From the NCBI GenBank assembly GCA_001643675.2, contig LSRY02000032.1, positions 558,001 to 622,000 on the forward strand: a stretch of 64,000 bases of DNA. The letters are read 5' to 3'. Under the pieces are notes generated by a model, which worked only from the letters and a program-made list of their open reading frames with translations, was not told where the DNA came from and searched no databases. Origin of the DNA: Monocercomonoides exilis PA203. Taxonomy: Eukaryota; Protista; Preaxostyla. The stretch's first letter is position 1; the number at the start of each line of letters is the position of its first letter. Below, piece by piece: positions 62,042 through 64,000 of this stretch. Position numbers and translations under genes: made by a program.

Positions 62042-63974
62042 TTCTTCCTCTTCTTCCTCTTCTTCCTCTTCCCCATCTTCTTCCTCATCTTCTACCTCAT
62101 CATCTCACAATGCAGATGATGACCTCAACGAATCAGACGAAGAATGGAAGTCCAAATGTGCCCAGCCTCCCTCTGATGAGCTCTGCCCCACTGTTGCCTC
62201 GTCCTCATTCTCTTCCTCTGCGTCTGACCTGTCGAACTGCTACACACACACAGCTATGCACATTGCTTGCAATGACATCCACTTCATTCAGTATGCAGAA
62301 TGCGTGGCGGCGCTGCTGGTGCGCTCGTCAGCAGCATGGAAGAAGCTGAAGAAAAAGAGCAGAAGAAATGGAACAGACAAGGAAGAAGCGAGGCATGGCA
62401 GAGATGATAAAGGTGGTGATAATGATGATGATAATGACAATGCTGCTGCCAAGATGAGGCAGGTGTACAGCAGACATCTGCTGTTAACTTTTCCAATGGA
62501 TGATTCAAATAGCACAAATGTGAGATCATTAAATGACACACTGCACAATCTTCAACAGTTGAGCTGCTTGCCAGACGCATATTTCCCTTCAAAGAGAACT
62601 GGTTTGATGGCTTCTGATGCAAGCGAGACTGCTTCGAAGTCTGCATCTTCTTCTGCCTCAGCCTCAGCCTCAGCCTCAGCGTCTTCTTCTTCTTCTTCTT
62701 CTTCATCATCATCTTCTTCTGCTTCATCTGCTTCATCCTCTTCTTCGTCTTCATCCTCATGTCGTGCTGCACCAATGCCCAGTTACTCAATCAGCAAGCC
62801 AGCAGAAGTCATTGCCAAATCTGTTAACACAACAAAATGGCATGCGATTAACACAACAACAGTCGAAACGTCACCTTTGCCCATGTCCTATCGCATAGCC
62901 CTGGCTGAGGTGTGCTATCAATTCGGCATCTGTTGCTCTGCTCCTGTGCTTCCCTTTGAGACACCAGAAACAGCAAGGAAAATGAAGATGTCAGCTGCTC
63001 CTCTGCCGGAAAAGCAGATGGAAGAAGAAGAAGAAGAAGAAGACGATGATTCTCATGTTTCCTCGTCTGCTGTATCGTCTTTGCATAATTCTGGAAAACG
63101 CAAAAATAAAAATAAAACGAAAAATACAAAGAACTCATCATCTTCTTCTACATCCTCATCCTCATCCTCCTTCTTTTCTCTCAACCGCCTGTCTCAAACT
63201 TCTGTCCCCTCGTGCCGCACCCCAGCGCTGACTAACCTGGCAGATCCTGTTGTTCCTGCAGGCAGTCCGCACATTCCGCGCCTTCTGCTGTCTTCGATGT
63301 GGCATCCAGAGCTCTTTCCGTCTGACGTGCCGTTCAGCCAGCTGATGTTTGACCCGAAAAAGGCAGTTGTTCTGTCGGTTTTGAAGATGGTTTATTCAAC
63401 AAGTGAAAAGGCGGGGAAAGAAAAGAGTGAAAAACAGAGGGGGAATGAAGGAGAAAATAAAAATGAGAGGAAAAAGAAGCAAAAGAAAGCCAAATCAGAT
63501 GGCGAGAGGAATTCAAAAGAATTTGACGAGAAGAGAAAGAATGATGACGATACATCTGTTGATTCTGAAAGAGAACAGGGCAATTTCATCACCAACCAGC
63601 AAGTGTGTGAGTTTCTGCTTCCATTCTGCAGAATGTTCAAGATGAGGCGCATCAGAACAAGAAAAGAATTGGCTGAGCTGCAGACCATCCGAGAAATGGA
63701 GCAGAAGAGAAATGGAGTGTTTGAGCAGATTCATTCTTCATCATCTTCAATGTTAACATCATCATCTTCTTCTTCAATGTCATCTTCATCTTCATCATCA
63801 TCTTCATCGTCTTCTTCTTTTTCTCCCTCTTCTGATATTCTGACCGAAGATATTCCATTGTCTTCTCGTTTCTTGATCTGCTTTGCCACACGAAGACATG
63901 CCCTCCTCTTCAACACATGCCACGATGCTACACAGACCCATGTTGCACTCATTTTCCCACAGTGCCACGAATAA
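58326..63974 (+). CDS. NFX1: NFX1/shuttle-craft-like zinc-finger protein
   Basis: N-terminal RING/PHD (YECVICTD...IWNCHVCFRMYHLECIHDW...FRCPFC), PHSCGKVCGK, many CG.H.C...CH.G.C..C NF-X1 repeats, a degenerate R3H and poly-Ser insertions. Confidence 0.92.
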
Positions 63975-64000
63975 GGGAATTGTCATTGTTAAAAATTTCG

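Noticed and set aside
1-64000. Non-standard genetic code (TAA/TAG = Gln, as in some oxymonads and hexamitids)
   Set aside because: Conserved genes end at TAA/TAG at expected positions (UGGT KDEL-TAA, coactosin TAG), and long ORFs have no internal TAR.

Overview
AT-rich, intron-containing eukaryotic DNA in the standard genetic code. Short T-rich GT-AG introns, poly-Ser-laden proteins and the expanded gene families suggest the oxymonad Monocercomonoides or a relative; this is inferred from sequence style and was not searched. The window has three zones. (1) 0.3-35.5 kb is a compact gene block: UBC2/Rad6, a SHIPPO-like repeat protein, a GH20 hexosaminidase, LSM1, an ATG18/WIPI PROPPIN, coactosin, a multi-TM protein, a PZP chromatin reader, an ARM-like protein, UGGT, RFC2, an ERp38-type PDI, a ubiquitin-like protein, and a large multi-pass membrane protein ending in a hemerythrin-like domain. 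tRNA-Arg(CCU) follows. (2) ~35.8-53.4 kb is a gene-free island of decayed elements: an RLE-type non-LTR relic, Harbinger-like, hAT and pogo-like transposase pseudogenes, a nest of TGGG...CCCA MITEs, receptor/pseudokinase pseudogenes and a 57-nt poly(A). (3) 53.5-64 kb holds a beta-helix single-pass surface protein and an NFX1-like zinc-finger gene. The best candidate for a new system is the TmcB-type membrane receptor. It carries a hemerythrin where related architectures carry a nucleotide cyclase, and that hemerythrin keeps all Fe1 ligands but has lost both His ligands of the O2-binding Fe2. Exon structures were read by eye, so splice and start coordinates are approximate where stated.
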